A DNA stretch of 63,929 nucleotides, counting the filler, from Reclinomonas americana ATCC 50394 (lineage: Eukaryota): the NCBI GenBank assembly GCA_048213135.1. It is 5 parts of 3 records of this genome, joined end to end, with 100 filler letters (N's around TTAATTAATTAA, not from the genome) between each part and the next. Parts side by side here need not be neighbours in the genome. Positions count along the whole stretch, not along the records: positions 1 to 20,466 come from PS015513.1; 4 more parts are not named here. One strand, given 5' to 3'. This document shows positions 1 to 11,596 of the stretch, piece after piece. The notes under the pieces were generated by a model. It worked only from the letters and a program-made list of their open reading frames with translations. It ran no database searches and was not told where the DNA came from. The first letter of the stretch is position 1; the number at the start of each line of letters is the position of its first letter. A program made the translations under genes and the position numbers.

Positions 1-43
1 ACAAACAGACTGGTGCTGATCTTCACTGTGTCATGCTATACAG

Positions 44-2338
44 CAAGCTCACCATCATCGAGACCACCAATGACCTCTTCAACGACACGCTGATTCAGTA
101 CATTCAGCCGACCACCGTGCTCTGCTTTGCGCGCATGTACATTGCGAACCTGGTGGCCACGTTGCGTCCGTGGTGTCGTGTCTTGTGTCGTGTCGTACGC
201 AGTTCTCGACAATTAACCGCTGGCTATCCTGCACGACAGCAATGGACAAGAGTGGGCACACTATTTTGGCATGCACAACTCGTTGCGTATCTTTTCTTCC
301 TCGTCCTCACACGCACCGGCAATACCTGACGTTGCCTTTCTTGACTATTTCATGTCGCTCACTCTCTCTCCCGCTTTCCTCTCGTAGTGGAACCTACAAC
401 AACCAGGTGAGGTCGTTTTTCCTCAACAATCTCCCTGTTTTGCTCTCGTCCTCACACACACACACACACACGCACACAAACGCCTCGCTTCTGTTCTTTT
501 TGTAGTACATTGTGATGGATGGCAAGCGATTCCAGGCAGGCAGTCCACCCTCCAGTGGCTTCCTGTGGGTCCTCGAGCAGATTCCTGGCAAGGTGGTGCA
601 GTTGCGCTGTAGGAGGAGGGGGCATGTCTGTTTCTCCCTTTGTTTTTGACTACGTTCCTCTGACCGTCGCCCTCTTGCAGGCAAGATATGACGCCGTTCT
701 TGGTGCAGCACGGCTACTTCCCCTCGTACAATGTTGCGGCAGCGCAGAGATGCCCTTTTCGCGAGGTGATATTCTCAAACACCCCCCTGTTCTCCTTCGT
801 GCCTGCAGATCCCCTACTTCCAGGAGATTTACGATGACAGCGGGTGAGTCCATTGTTGGTGGAGAGGGCACGACACACGGATACAGAAGGAATCGTGCAC
901 AAAAGAGAAAAAAGAGAAATCAAATCACCACTTTCGTAGGCGATAGGTTACAAGCACTTTCTCCCTTCTTCCTCGCCTCGTTCCTCGCCACATGAGGGAA
1001 AGCGGGTAGAGCGATTGCTTCATTCCTCGGGAGTGCCCATTCGTGCCTCACTATCTCCGATGCGCTGCTCGCTTCCCCCGCCGGTGTGTGTCTCCTCTCG
1101 CTGGATGCCCTTTCGGCCGCTTCTATCCTTCTCCGTCTCCAATTCTTTGTTATGCCTGTCGCCACGCACTCCCCCTCTCTTCCTCCTCTCGTTTCTCCCA
1201 TGCTCCTCAATGCTCTTTTCGAGGCCTGTTTGACGAAAGCTGGCAACAGTAGTGGAGACTATTACCAACAACAAACAGTCGCACTTCATGTCGGGCGTGC
1301 CCCGCCACTGCACGTACGAGCAGGAGCGTCGGGTGGAGGGTGCAGAAGTGGGAGGCGCACTCGCGCTACATGTGGTGACGCAGTAGAAGGAAGAAGAGAT
1401 CATGCATCTCTTTATGAGAGAGAGATGATTGCTCTCAGAAGGAGACTGTCTTGTGATAGAGTGATTCTCAGGTGAGAGATGTGACACGCATCTCTTCGTC
1501 AACAAGAGTGAATAGTGCTCTCAGAAGGAGACTCTTTTGTGCCAGTAGAAAAGTGAGATACCGGCATGACCGGCAATGCCGCACTTTTTTTCTTTTCGTT
1601 GTTGTTTTCAGCCCCTCTTTTTCTTCGTGGGAAGAATGGCGATCGAGTGGGTGATTGCCATGGCTGACCGCACTCTCGGTGTTGCTTGCGTGCAGGTACC
1701 CGGCCATGAAGGCCAAGTACGGCGACGAGTTTAGCTACGAGAAATGTCCGCGGGCACTTATTTTTGCGCGCGACCACGCGGCCGTCGTCGACCGCCAGAG
1801 CTTCCGCGCCATCATGCGGTACAATGACTACACCAAGGTTTTGTGGAGGGGCACAGATGAAGGAGGGCCTCCAAGTGTTGGTCCAACTGAAAATAGTATA
1901 ATCATCACTGTAGGATCCGCTGTCGGGCAACGATCCGCTGAATGCGGTGGCCTCGCGCGGTGATCTGATTGTGCGCTCCAAGGACGACAAGCCCGTGGCC
2001 TTTGGAGCGATTGACGCCAAGAGTTACGTTTCGCGTGGGAGGGTACGAGAGAAACAGCAAAAGCCAGCCCGCGAAGATCGCCTTTCGGCAGTTTTCAATT
2101 TGCTGTCGTTTGGTCGCTGGCTGCCACACTCACTGCCTGCATTCCTGTTCCTTGCGTAGTTAATGACGCTGTAAGTTTGGCCTCGGGGCATCCGGTTGTG
2201 GACGTTATATCAGGGCCGACGCACGAGTCGCTGCCGGCATTTGCCTGGAAGGAACGCGACGGCATTTTTATGGAGGTGCCGCATGAGGGGCAGCCGGAGG
2301 TGTTCGACTTTGACTGGGTGCAGGGTGTGATGGAGTGA
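44..2338 (+). CDS. Phospholipase B-like protein (PLBD/laminin-A family), 5'-partial, 8 visible exons
   Basis: Spliced translation gives IIETTN, NSGTYNNQ, LWVLEQIPG, YFPSYNIPYF, PRALIFARD, IMRYNDY..DPLS, SRGDL, GAIDAK, ISGPT and PHEGQPEVFDFDW, all typical phospholipase B motifs. Introns at 161-239, 282-387, 407-505, 601-680, 733-808, 844-1695, 1838-1913 and 2023-2159; TGA at 2336-2338. Confidence 0.93.
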
Positions 2339-3330
2339 GTGAGTGAGTGAAGGAGAAGAGAAGGATTGGGAAGGGCGACGATGCCCAAATGCGTAGCCGC
2401 GGGAATTGGTCGTCTTTCACAAGCAAGTCCCACCATTCAGCTCACTTCAATATCAACGGCGGCGCCTGTATGCGCACTGTGCACATATTCGAAACCGTTA
2501 CCACAGAGCAGCGCGAGAAGGGTGAGAAGCATCGCCTGCAGCGTCGATGTCTGCAGATGATGTTCGAACCGAACAAGACGCACTCATTCTTCTTTGCAAT
2601 TGTTTCTATCACCTCGCGCAAGAAAAGATCCCTTCTCATCCCCCTCGGTGACGAGGCACGCACGACACACACATGCGCCCAATGCTCAATCAAAACGCAT
2701 CTGCGCTTGCAGGAATCGATTTCTTTCACTCCGCATATGCATCTCAACCAGTCATTGACAAATATGGGCAATGTGCGCCACAAATCACAGCGACAGAGCG
2801 AAATACAATCCGCATATACGCTTGCCGCTGTGCCTCTGTGCGCCTCTCCGCATCTACGCGCACGCGTGTTGTGCGTGTTGTGCGTGTTATTATTGTCCGA
2901 ACATTCATTGAGGTAATTTATCATTTTTTTGTGTCGGGGAGAGCAAGCAAACACCACTCGCCGAGTGCCTTTTGCGCAAAAACACAAACAAACAGAAGTG
3001 AGTGTGTGTTTGAAACGAAGAGGAGGCAGAGGCAGTGTGTGTGAGAGAGAGAGTGAGTGGGTGAGAGTGCATGTAGATATAATCACCACATGCTGTTCTC
3101 GTGTTTGATTGCTGCGATATGTGCGATCGGTGTTGTGTGTGAGCGACAAAGAGAGAGTTAATTACCAGAGCTCTCTCTCTCTCTCTCGCTCGCTCTTGTG
3201 AGATGTGTGTGTGTGTGAGTGGGGGGTTGTGTTTGTGCATGCGTGTCAGGAATGTGTGATTATCATCTCCGTGTCGCACAAGACGGTTTTTGTATCTCTA
3301 TAGCCCTTTCTCTCTCTATCTCCTGACACG

Positions 3331-3386
<56 letters not shown>

Positions 3387-4310
3387 GCGCGTGTGTGTGT
3401 GTGCGATTCATATGTTGGAAAGCGCACCTTTTTCCACACCGAAGACCAAAAAACGACACCGAATCGTGCATTTCATATCAATCTTGCCTCTCCGCTCTCA
3501 TGTGCGTGTGTAGCAGTGTGCACAGTGATGTTAGAACATTCCCCGTCCGTTCCTCTCTACGTGTTTGCATGTGTGCCCGCGCACGTTAGAGAGGAAGGAG
3601 TGCATCGACAAATTTGCCTTTTTTGGCAGCGCTGGTCTTTGAGTCGCAAGTTGAAAGTCTGTGTTTGATTTTGTTTTTTCTTCAGCACACACACGCGCGC
3701 ACACATCTATGCACTCTCGCCTGTTTGCACCTTATTGCATTCTCGCGCGCTGCTGCCAGTGATTGCCAGCGCCCTTTTCGTTGATATTTTATTATTAGGG
3801 ACATACCGTTGAGGCTTGAGGGCGCCAGTGCTTGCAATTGTCTTTGTAGTAGTCGTGCTGGGTGTGTGTGAGAGAGAGTGAGTGAGTGGAGGCAGTTAGT
3901 GACTGATTTACGTCGGGTCCACTAGAAACCGCTAGATTCTTTTTTTCCTCTGTCGGCGACGGTGGTGTGAAAGCGAAAACAGTTGTAATGCACAATGAGG
4001 CGTCGCACTTGGTATATATGTGTGCACGAGCTTAATCGTTTGTGTGGAGGGGAGAGAAGGGGGAGAGCGCAGAGTGACACATGTACACAGCGGCGCGGAG
4101 TCACCCGCAGCCCGTTGGGGACACGCCTCGTTGGATTTGTTCGCTCCTTTTTCTCTCTTTCTTTTTTCTTTTCTTTCCTTCTGCGTGAGAGCACGCAGTG
4201 CCTGACAGAAAGAGTTGCCGCGACATGCATGCAATGCACAGTGTGTGTATGCATGACTGACACTCTCTCTATGCGCGCTGTGTGCAGTCCTTCTCGCTTG
4301 CAACACACAC

Positions 4311-6129
4311 ATGCAACACGTGGCGATGATGCCCCAACACCGCCACCTGTCTTCGTCGTCGACCACTTCGCTGACGTCGGTGGTGGTCTCCTCGCCTGTC
4401 TCCACCTCCACCACTCCCACTCCACCTGCAATTGCGCCAGCGGCCGCCGGCAGTGGTGCAGAAGACGGCGCATCACCCTCATTGACATTTGTGCAAGAAA
4501 CAGGTCGCCATCGGCGGACCAAGATTCGTTTCACCCCTGCGGAGCTGCAATACCTGACCCATTTCTACGACAATGTTGCGTAACACCACCACTACACATC
4601 CTGCCTGCTGCATCGCGGGGATGACGCGTGCTGTGCGCAACGTCTCTTCTGCTGCTGCTGCACTTCATCTTGTCTCAAGAATCTCACAAATGCACCAGGT
4701 TTCGCGCAAGCCAACTGTGCAGCAACTTGAGCAAGTGGCCAGTCGCCTTCCGCGCCAAATTCCTGTACACAACCTGCGCATCTACTTTCAGAACAAGCGG
4801 TAACTTTTTTCGTGTCGCCACTCTCCCCCCAGGACCTTGTTTCATACTTATTGAATATTCCTCATCAGTGCGCAAGAGCAACGGATGTTGAGGCAAATGG
4901 CGGCCGAGACCGGTGGCAACGGTGTGGTTGCGAGCAGAAAGGCCGCAGCTCCGTCCCGCTCCATGTCGCCCGCGTCGCCGAACGATGCAGCCGCCGACCA
5001 CGACTGCTGCATTTCGTCGTCGCGGTCTTCGCCGGATTTGTTTCGCCTGGCTCCCACTGCAGCTGCAGCGGCGGCAGCAGCCGCGGTGGCCGCATTATTG
5101 TCACCGCCTCCACCACCACCGCCGCCACCATCGTCGTCTACGAAAACGACCGTGAAGCAGCAGCAACGACAACCATTCCATCGGCTGCAGCAGTCGCCGC
5201 CGCCTGCATCGCAGCCACCCCTGGTGTTGAGTGGCGGAAAACTGAAACAGCAGCAGCCGCAACGACAGCACCGGCCAGGCGATGTGGCTGCCGCCTCCGC
5301 TGCACCGAAGCGCGTAGACCCGAAACCCGTCGTCGATCTCTCCGACCTGGACGTGCTGGCCGGCGCCGCCATGTACATGTCCCCGAAACCGTCGCCGGCG
5401 ATGACACCAACAGTGGCAGCGGTGACGAGGACAACGACACCACCAACAATAGCGACGCCGACCGCGACGCGCGCGCCAGTGCCCCTGCCTGTTCCCGCTC
5501 TCGCCCTCACCAAGCCAGCCGTGTCTGCCGTCGTCGTCACCGCTGCCACTGCGGCGCCGCCAGTTGTCGATTCCATCGCCAAGACGTTGCTGGCGGCGAC
5601 CAGCAAGCCGGCAGCACCAGCAGCACTGACACGACGAGAGTCGCCGTTCTCGCTGCTCAACTTCCCACCAGTCGACGTGATGCCAGTTGTGCCGACCGCG
5701 CGTCACGTGTCGCTCCACGACGTAATCAATCCGCCATCGCCACTCCGACTGGCACCTCCTCCACCACCGTCGGCATCATCGGCACCACCGCAGTCGGCAG
5801 CCGCGGCCCCTCGCGATCGGTTACCGCAAATTCGTGAGCGCGACGATCAGAGTCCGCCCACCAAGCGCCAAAAGACGGCGGCGAACCAGGTGCTGCGTGG
5901 TGGCATTGCGTGGATGCTGGATAATGACGATGAGGAGGAGAACAACGACGACAAGGGCGATGCCAGCGAGGAGTACGTGAGCGAGGGCAGCGACAGCCAC
6001 AGTGCGCCTGCACAGAGCGATCATCGATGTGCGCCTGTAAGAGCCTCGTGGTCCCCGCTCTCTCGAGCGCAGGCCGAGCGCGACCAGCTTCTGGTGCGCA
6101 AGCGGCTGCGCGATCAGATGGAAAGGTGA
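4311..6129 (+). CDS. Homeodomain transcription factor with long Pro/Ala/Ser-rich tail
   Basis: Exons 4311-4574, 4699-4799 and 4869-6129 give RRTKIRFTPAELQYLTHFYDNVSRKPTVQQLEQVASRL...LRIYFQNKRAQ. The start codon is uncertain (4311 or 4326). Confidence 0.85.
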
Positions 6130-6360
6130 CAAGCGCGTAGATCAATCACCTCTTCCTCCCCCCCAACCGCTGCCCATACTTTCTTTGTCTCGCCACCATA
6201 ACCTCCTCCCCAAATCTGCCCCCCAATCTCTGTATCTTACGATCTGTATACCAATGTCTGTCGCTCGCTGTCTACCGTCAATAATAAATCGCTGGGTGGC
6301 GATACCGTCTTGCCAAACTACGTCATGTGTGTGTGTGTGTGCACAAGGCGTTGTATATTC

Positions 6361-7094
6361 TCACGACGACGACGACGACGACGACGCAGCCCCTTCCTCG
6401 CTGCCACCGAAATTGAGAAGGCGAGGCTGGAAGATGCGCAGAAACTCTTCGGTGTTGACGCGCTGCCGACAACGAGTGAGCAACGACGCAGCGAGAGCCC
6501 CTTGCCAGTTGAGTGAAGGAACTCACCATCTTGAGATCGACCTCGCCGGCACCGAGGTAGAAGAACGGCAACGCGGCCACCGCCTCCGAGAGGATGACCG
6601 GAATGCGACTGCGCAAGCCGACAGGGCACACTGCGACAAGCAGCAATGATTAACACCCGGGGGAGAAGAATAGATGTCTGCACTGCAGCAAACCTGCGTT
6701 GCGAATGTATCCCGAAAGCGTGGCTGCCGTCTGTGCGTGTCGCAATGAGGAGACAACTCGCGCGACGGTAAAAAAAACAGCGCTTTTCTGCACGCTGTCT
6801 CTTGCTCTTGTACATTGCTCTCATTCTCTTCTGCTTGCTCTCTACTCTCATCTCCGTTGCGTTCTCACTCTCACACATCTCTCTTCCTTTCCTCTTTCTC
6901 TTGTTCTCGCTCTTGCTCTCATTCTCATGCACATCCCGTGCCTCTTGTACATTGCTCTCGTTCTCTTCTGCTTGCTCTCTACTCTCATGTCCGTTGCTTT
7001 CTCACTCTCTCTTCATTTTCTCTTTCTCTTGTTCTCGGTCTCGCTCTCGTTCTCTTGTGCATCGCCCTGTAGTCTCATGTCCATCGCTTTCTCA

Positions 7095-7125
<31 letters not shown>

Positions 7126-7925
7126 GCACATCTCCCTTCCCTTCCTCTTTCTCGCAGTCTCTCTCATCGTGTATCGCTGTCTCTTGCACTGCCAACCTCC
7201 TCCGCCACCAGCCGGAAGGTGAAGCCACTCTTGCCGCGATTGTTGAGCTGCCCAAAGTGCCGCGCCATTCTATCCGTGTCCATCTGTCGAGCACAGTGAG
7301 CGCACAGTGGCTGTGCACGAGCGGAACAACAACGCACCTTGCCACTGTACTGCACCACAACCAAAATGAACGGCGGATCACGCTCCTCATCGTCGGACTT
7401 GCGCAGCACATTGCCACTGCTGTCGACCAATCGCGTGTTGTGCATTACCACCGACTTGCACAGATAGTGCACCGTGGGAGCACCTGCGAAGCGATCGATC
7501 AGCGTAAGAACAAGCACAGAAACTGACATCGAAACGCACCAAGCAAACGAGCTCGCTCCTCCAATGGTCGATCGTAATAGTCGGCAGGCACACGATAGAA
7601 CGCCAAACTACGCACTCACACCCGTGCATATGAGCACGCGCGATAAAGGAGAAGACAGACTCTGTCGAGCATGATGCAACTGCCGACGCAATCCGCATGC
7701 CTCGCACGCAGCGACCAGATCGAATCCGCATCCATCGCGCACCGATCCGCGGACGACACTCAGTGACACAAACGAAGGCGCCACGTGCGCTCCCTCATCG
7801 TCTTCAGCATGCACAACAACCTCTTTCTTCTCTTCCTCTTCCTCGTTGGTGTGCGCAATGTCATCAGCGATCACGGAGGCATGCAGTCGCCGAGCACGCG
7901 CAAGCAACGCGTCCACACTGTGCAT
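6361..7925 (-). CDS. YbaK/aminoacyl-tRNA synthetase-associated (deacylase-like) domain protein
   Basis: Spliced motifs PADYYDRPLEERARLLG, APTVHYLCKSVVMHNT, LVVVQY, FTFRLVAEE and AVCPVGLRSRIPVILSEA..FFYLGAGEVDLKM match the eukaryotic YbaK-like family. TGA at 6361-6363. Confidence 0.85.
6805..7100. repeat. Intronic diverged tandem duplication, period ~137 bp
   Basis: ctcttgtacattgctctc..ttctcttctgcttgctctctactctcat occurs at 6805 and 6942, with a partial third copy. Confidence 0.85.
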
Positions 7926-8046
7926 GAGTGCTGAGTGAGGCAAGGCGTGAGGCACCACAGAGCAGTGAGCAAAGACCGATGCTCCAAGTCGTGCATGTGA
8001 GAACGAATGTCCTTCTGTGTGTCTATGTGTCCTCCGTCCAACGAGA

Positions 8047-9064
8047 ATGGCTGCAGCTGCTGGTGCCAGTGCTGCTCTCGCACTCGATCAAGGCGTTGTG
8101 CTGGTCACTGGTGCAGCATCGGGCATTGGTCGCGCACTGGCCACACATGCTGCCACTGGTCTGCTCTTGCCTCTCACGCTCTCTCTCTCTCTCACACACA
8201 CTCACTGACTCCACAGTGGAGCACTGCAAGGCACTGGTGCTTGCCGATCGCGACAGCGAGGGAGTGGCCGCCGTGCAACGCGAGCTGAGTGAGAGCAGCA
8301 CGACGATTGTCAGCAGTGTAGTGTGCGACCTGTGCGTGCCCGACGATGTGCGTCGCATGGCGGAGCACGTGCAGCACGTGTGCAGTGAGCACAGTGATGG
8401 AGCGCTGTCGGCCATGTTCCTCAATGCCGGCATTGCGGGTCGATCGGCCGGCACTGCGCCGACGTGGATGACCAGTGAGGAGGAGTGGGCGGGGGTGCTG
8501 GGCGTGAATCTGTTGGCAGCCACGCGGTGTGTGCGACTGCTGTTGCCGGCGATGCTGCAGGCGAAACGGCGAGCGCATGTGGTGTGCACGTGTTCGCACT
8601 CGTCCGTGTCGACCGGCTTGCCCCTGGCCGCGCCTTACTCAGCCTCCAAGCACGCCATTCTGTCGTTTGTGGAGTCGCTGTCGCGCGAGTTGGAGCTGAC
8701 GGGCCATGGGGCGCTGGTGGGCGTGTCGGCGTTGATGCCCGACTGGGTGGCCAGCACGGCATTGTTGCGCGATCAGCTGCAGAATCCGCGGTTTCCGCCC
8801 GACATGGCCGCCGCCATTCAGAGTGGCTCCATTCCGGCCGCCGAGTGCGCCCGGCTCGCCTTTGAGGGCATGCACGAGCGACGCGTGTACATTTTCACGC
8901 AGCCGGCCACCACACGGCGTGAGTTGCGCGCGCGGGTCGATGCGCTGCTGCATGCGCTCGACGAGGCCGCCAACAAGTCCGCGCCGACACCGCCAGACAA
9001 GCCGCGTGATCGAGGAGACGGTGGCGGCGACGATCAAGGCCCCACCACAACAGCCGAGGAGTGA
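8047..9064 (+). CDS. Classical short-chain dehydrogenase/reductase
   Basis: VTGAASGIG cofactor motif, NAG, GVNL and catalytic YSASK. One intron at 8159-8216. Confidence 0.92.
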
Positions 9065-9125
9065 ACGCAAGGAGTTACTAAACAAAGTCACTTCTGTACT
9101 ACTAACAATAAGAGTCTCATTTTTT

Positions 9126-9884
9126 CTACTTGTCACGCCGACCGACTCGCCGGTACGACGGCCCTGCACGACCACTACGAGTGCCACCATCACCACCACC
9201 ACCACCACCGGCAGTCATGTCAATCACTGCCGTCGGCTCCTGCGGCCACTGCACCTCGGCAGTGGACAAAGACGCCTTTGCCTTCCCCTTTGCACCCTCG
9301 TCGTCGTCATCGGAAAAGTCATTGGTTTCCAAGCGCGCCAGGTACGACTTGGGCGGCGCCACCAACGTCGGCTGTAGCGACGTCGGGAAGCGTTCCTCGA
9401 CTACGCGACACCAGTGAGCCACACACACACACGCACGCAGCAACACGGGGGGAGTGCACACGAAACATGTCTCCGATCGCTTGGCGGCTGTCGCATCGAC
9501 GCGATTGCAGCGAATGATAAACAGCACCGTCTCCATGAGCAGACCGAGCACTGCACCAGCCAAGCCGACCATGGCCGACTGCGATGACGCGCGCGTGCAT
9601 GAGTGTCACAGTCATGCGCGCATGTGTGTCAAGGAAGAACTCCTTACCTTGGTGCTATCGCCTCCAAAGATGCCGCTAAACGCCACCGAAAAGGCAATGT
9701 AGAGGCCGCCCATCATCACAATGGTGTTGAGGCCGACGCCCACCTGCTCTCGCGTCTGCACGTAGCCCTCGCGCTCGCGCTCCACCTTCTCCTCGTGCGT
9801 CGTCACATTGGAGACCAGTCGGTTGTACTCTCGCTGCTCCACCAGTCGTCGCAGCTTGTCTGTGCGCTGTGCATAGTCTGGCGG
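9126..9884 (-). CDS. TMEM199: TMEM199/Vma12 V-ATPase assembly factor, 5' end in gap
   Basis: KLRRLVEQREYNRLVSNV followed by two hydrophobic helices and GLLMETVLFIIR, the Vma12 family pattern. Confidence 0.8.
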
Positions 9885-9984
9885 CTGTGCACGCGAGTGT
9901 GTGAGAGAGAGAGAGAGGAGAAGAGAGAGGAGAAGAGAGAGAGAGAGATGCACAGAGAGACGAGAGAGAGAGAGGTGACAAGGA

Positions 9985-10020
<36 letters not shown>

Positions 10021-11017
10021 GAGGGAGGGAGGGAGGACGACGACGACGACGGACGGACGGACGGGNNNNNNNNNNNNNNNNNNNNNNNNNNNNNNNNNNN
10101 NNNNNNNNNNNNNNNNNNNNNNNNNNNNNNNNNNNNNNNNNNNNNNNNNNNNNNNNNNNNNNNNNNNNNNNNNNNNNNNNNNNNNNNNNNNNNNNNNNNN
10201 NNNNNNNNNNNNNNNNNNNNNNNNNNNNNNNNNNNNNNNNNNNNNNNNNNNNNNNNNNNNNNNNNNNNNNNNNNNNNNNNNNNNNNNNNNNNNNNNNNNN
10301 NNNNNNNNNNNNNNNNNNNNNNNNNNNNNNNNNNNNNNNNNNNNNNNNNNNNNNNNNNNNNNNNNNNNNNNNNNNNNNNNNNNNNNNNNNNNNNNNNNNN
10401 NNNNNNNNNNNNNNNNNNNNNNNNNNNNNNNNNNNNNNNNNNNNNNNNNNNNNNNNNNNNNNNNNNNNNNNNNNNNNNNNNNNNNNNNNNNNNNNNNNNN
10501 NNNNNNNNNNNNNNNNNNNNNNNNNNNNNNNNNNNNNNNNNNNNNNNNNNNNNNNNNNNNNNNNNNNNNNNNNNNNNNNNNNNNNNNNNNNNNNNNNNNN
10601 NNNNNNNNNNNNNNNNNNNNNNNNNNNNNNNNNNNNNNNNNNNNNNNNNNNNNNNNNNNNNNNNNNNNNNNNNNNNNNNNNNNNNNNNNNNNNNNNNNNN
10701 NNNNNNNNNNNNNNNNNNNNNNNNNNNNNNNNNNNNNNNNNNNNNNNNNNNNNNNNNNNNNNNNNNNNNNNNNNNNNNNNNNNNNNNNNNNNNNNNNNNN
10801 NNNNNNNNNNNNNNNNNNNNNNNNNNNNNNNNNNNNNNNNNNNNNNNNNNNNNNNNNNNNNNNNNNNNNNNNNNNNNNNNNNNNNNNNNNNNNNNNNNNN
10901 NNNNNNNNNNNNNNNNNNNNNNNNNNNNNNNNNNNNNNNNNNNNNNNNNNNNNNNNNNNNNNNNNNNNNNNNNNNNNNNNNNNNNNNNNNNNNNNNNNNN
11001 NNNNNNNNNNNNNNAAC

Positions 11018-11088
<71 letters not shown>

Positions 11089-11168
11089 CTCACACACACT
11101 GCAAGTGTGCATCTCCGATGGATGCATTGCATGCTCACTCATCCTCTCTCTCTCTCTCTCTCTTGCAG

Positions 11169-11560
11169 TGTGGAGACACGTGTTGCCGCAGGAGGCGCCT
11201 GTGAGTGCTCTGTCGTGCGGCGATGAGGGTTGCGTCTGCTGTTTGTTTGCTAGTGAGAGAGACGGAGAGAGATAGAGAGAGAGAGAGACGGAGGGAGAGA
11301 GAGAGAGCGAGAGAGAGAGAGAGAATCGTACGCGTTCGTGTGTGTGAGAGTGAGACTCACTTGTACGTGTGTGTGTGTGTGTGTGTGTGTTGGTGCAGTG
11401 GTCGTCGCTGCTGTTCAGCAGTGTGTGTACGCCTTTTCGCTGTCGTCGGGGAAGCTGCAGTGGGATGCGTGTGTCACGGAAGACAGCAGAACGTTGCGTC
11501 CTTGCGTATTTTCCGTGTTTCATGGTGGCGACTCATATGCGCGGTGCGGTGCAGTGAGCT

Positions 11561-11596
<36 letters not shown>

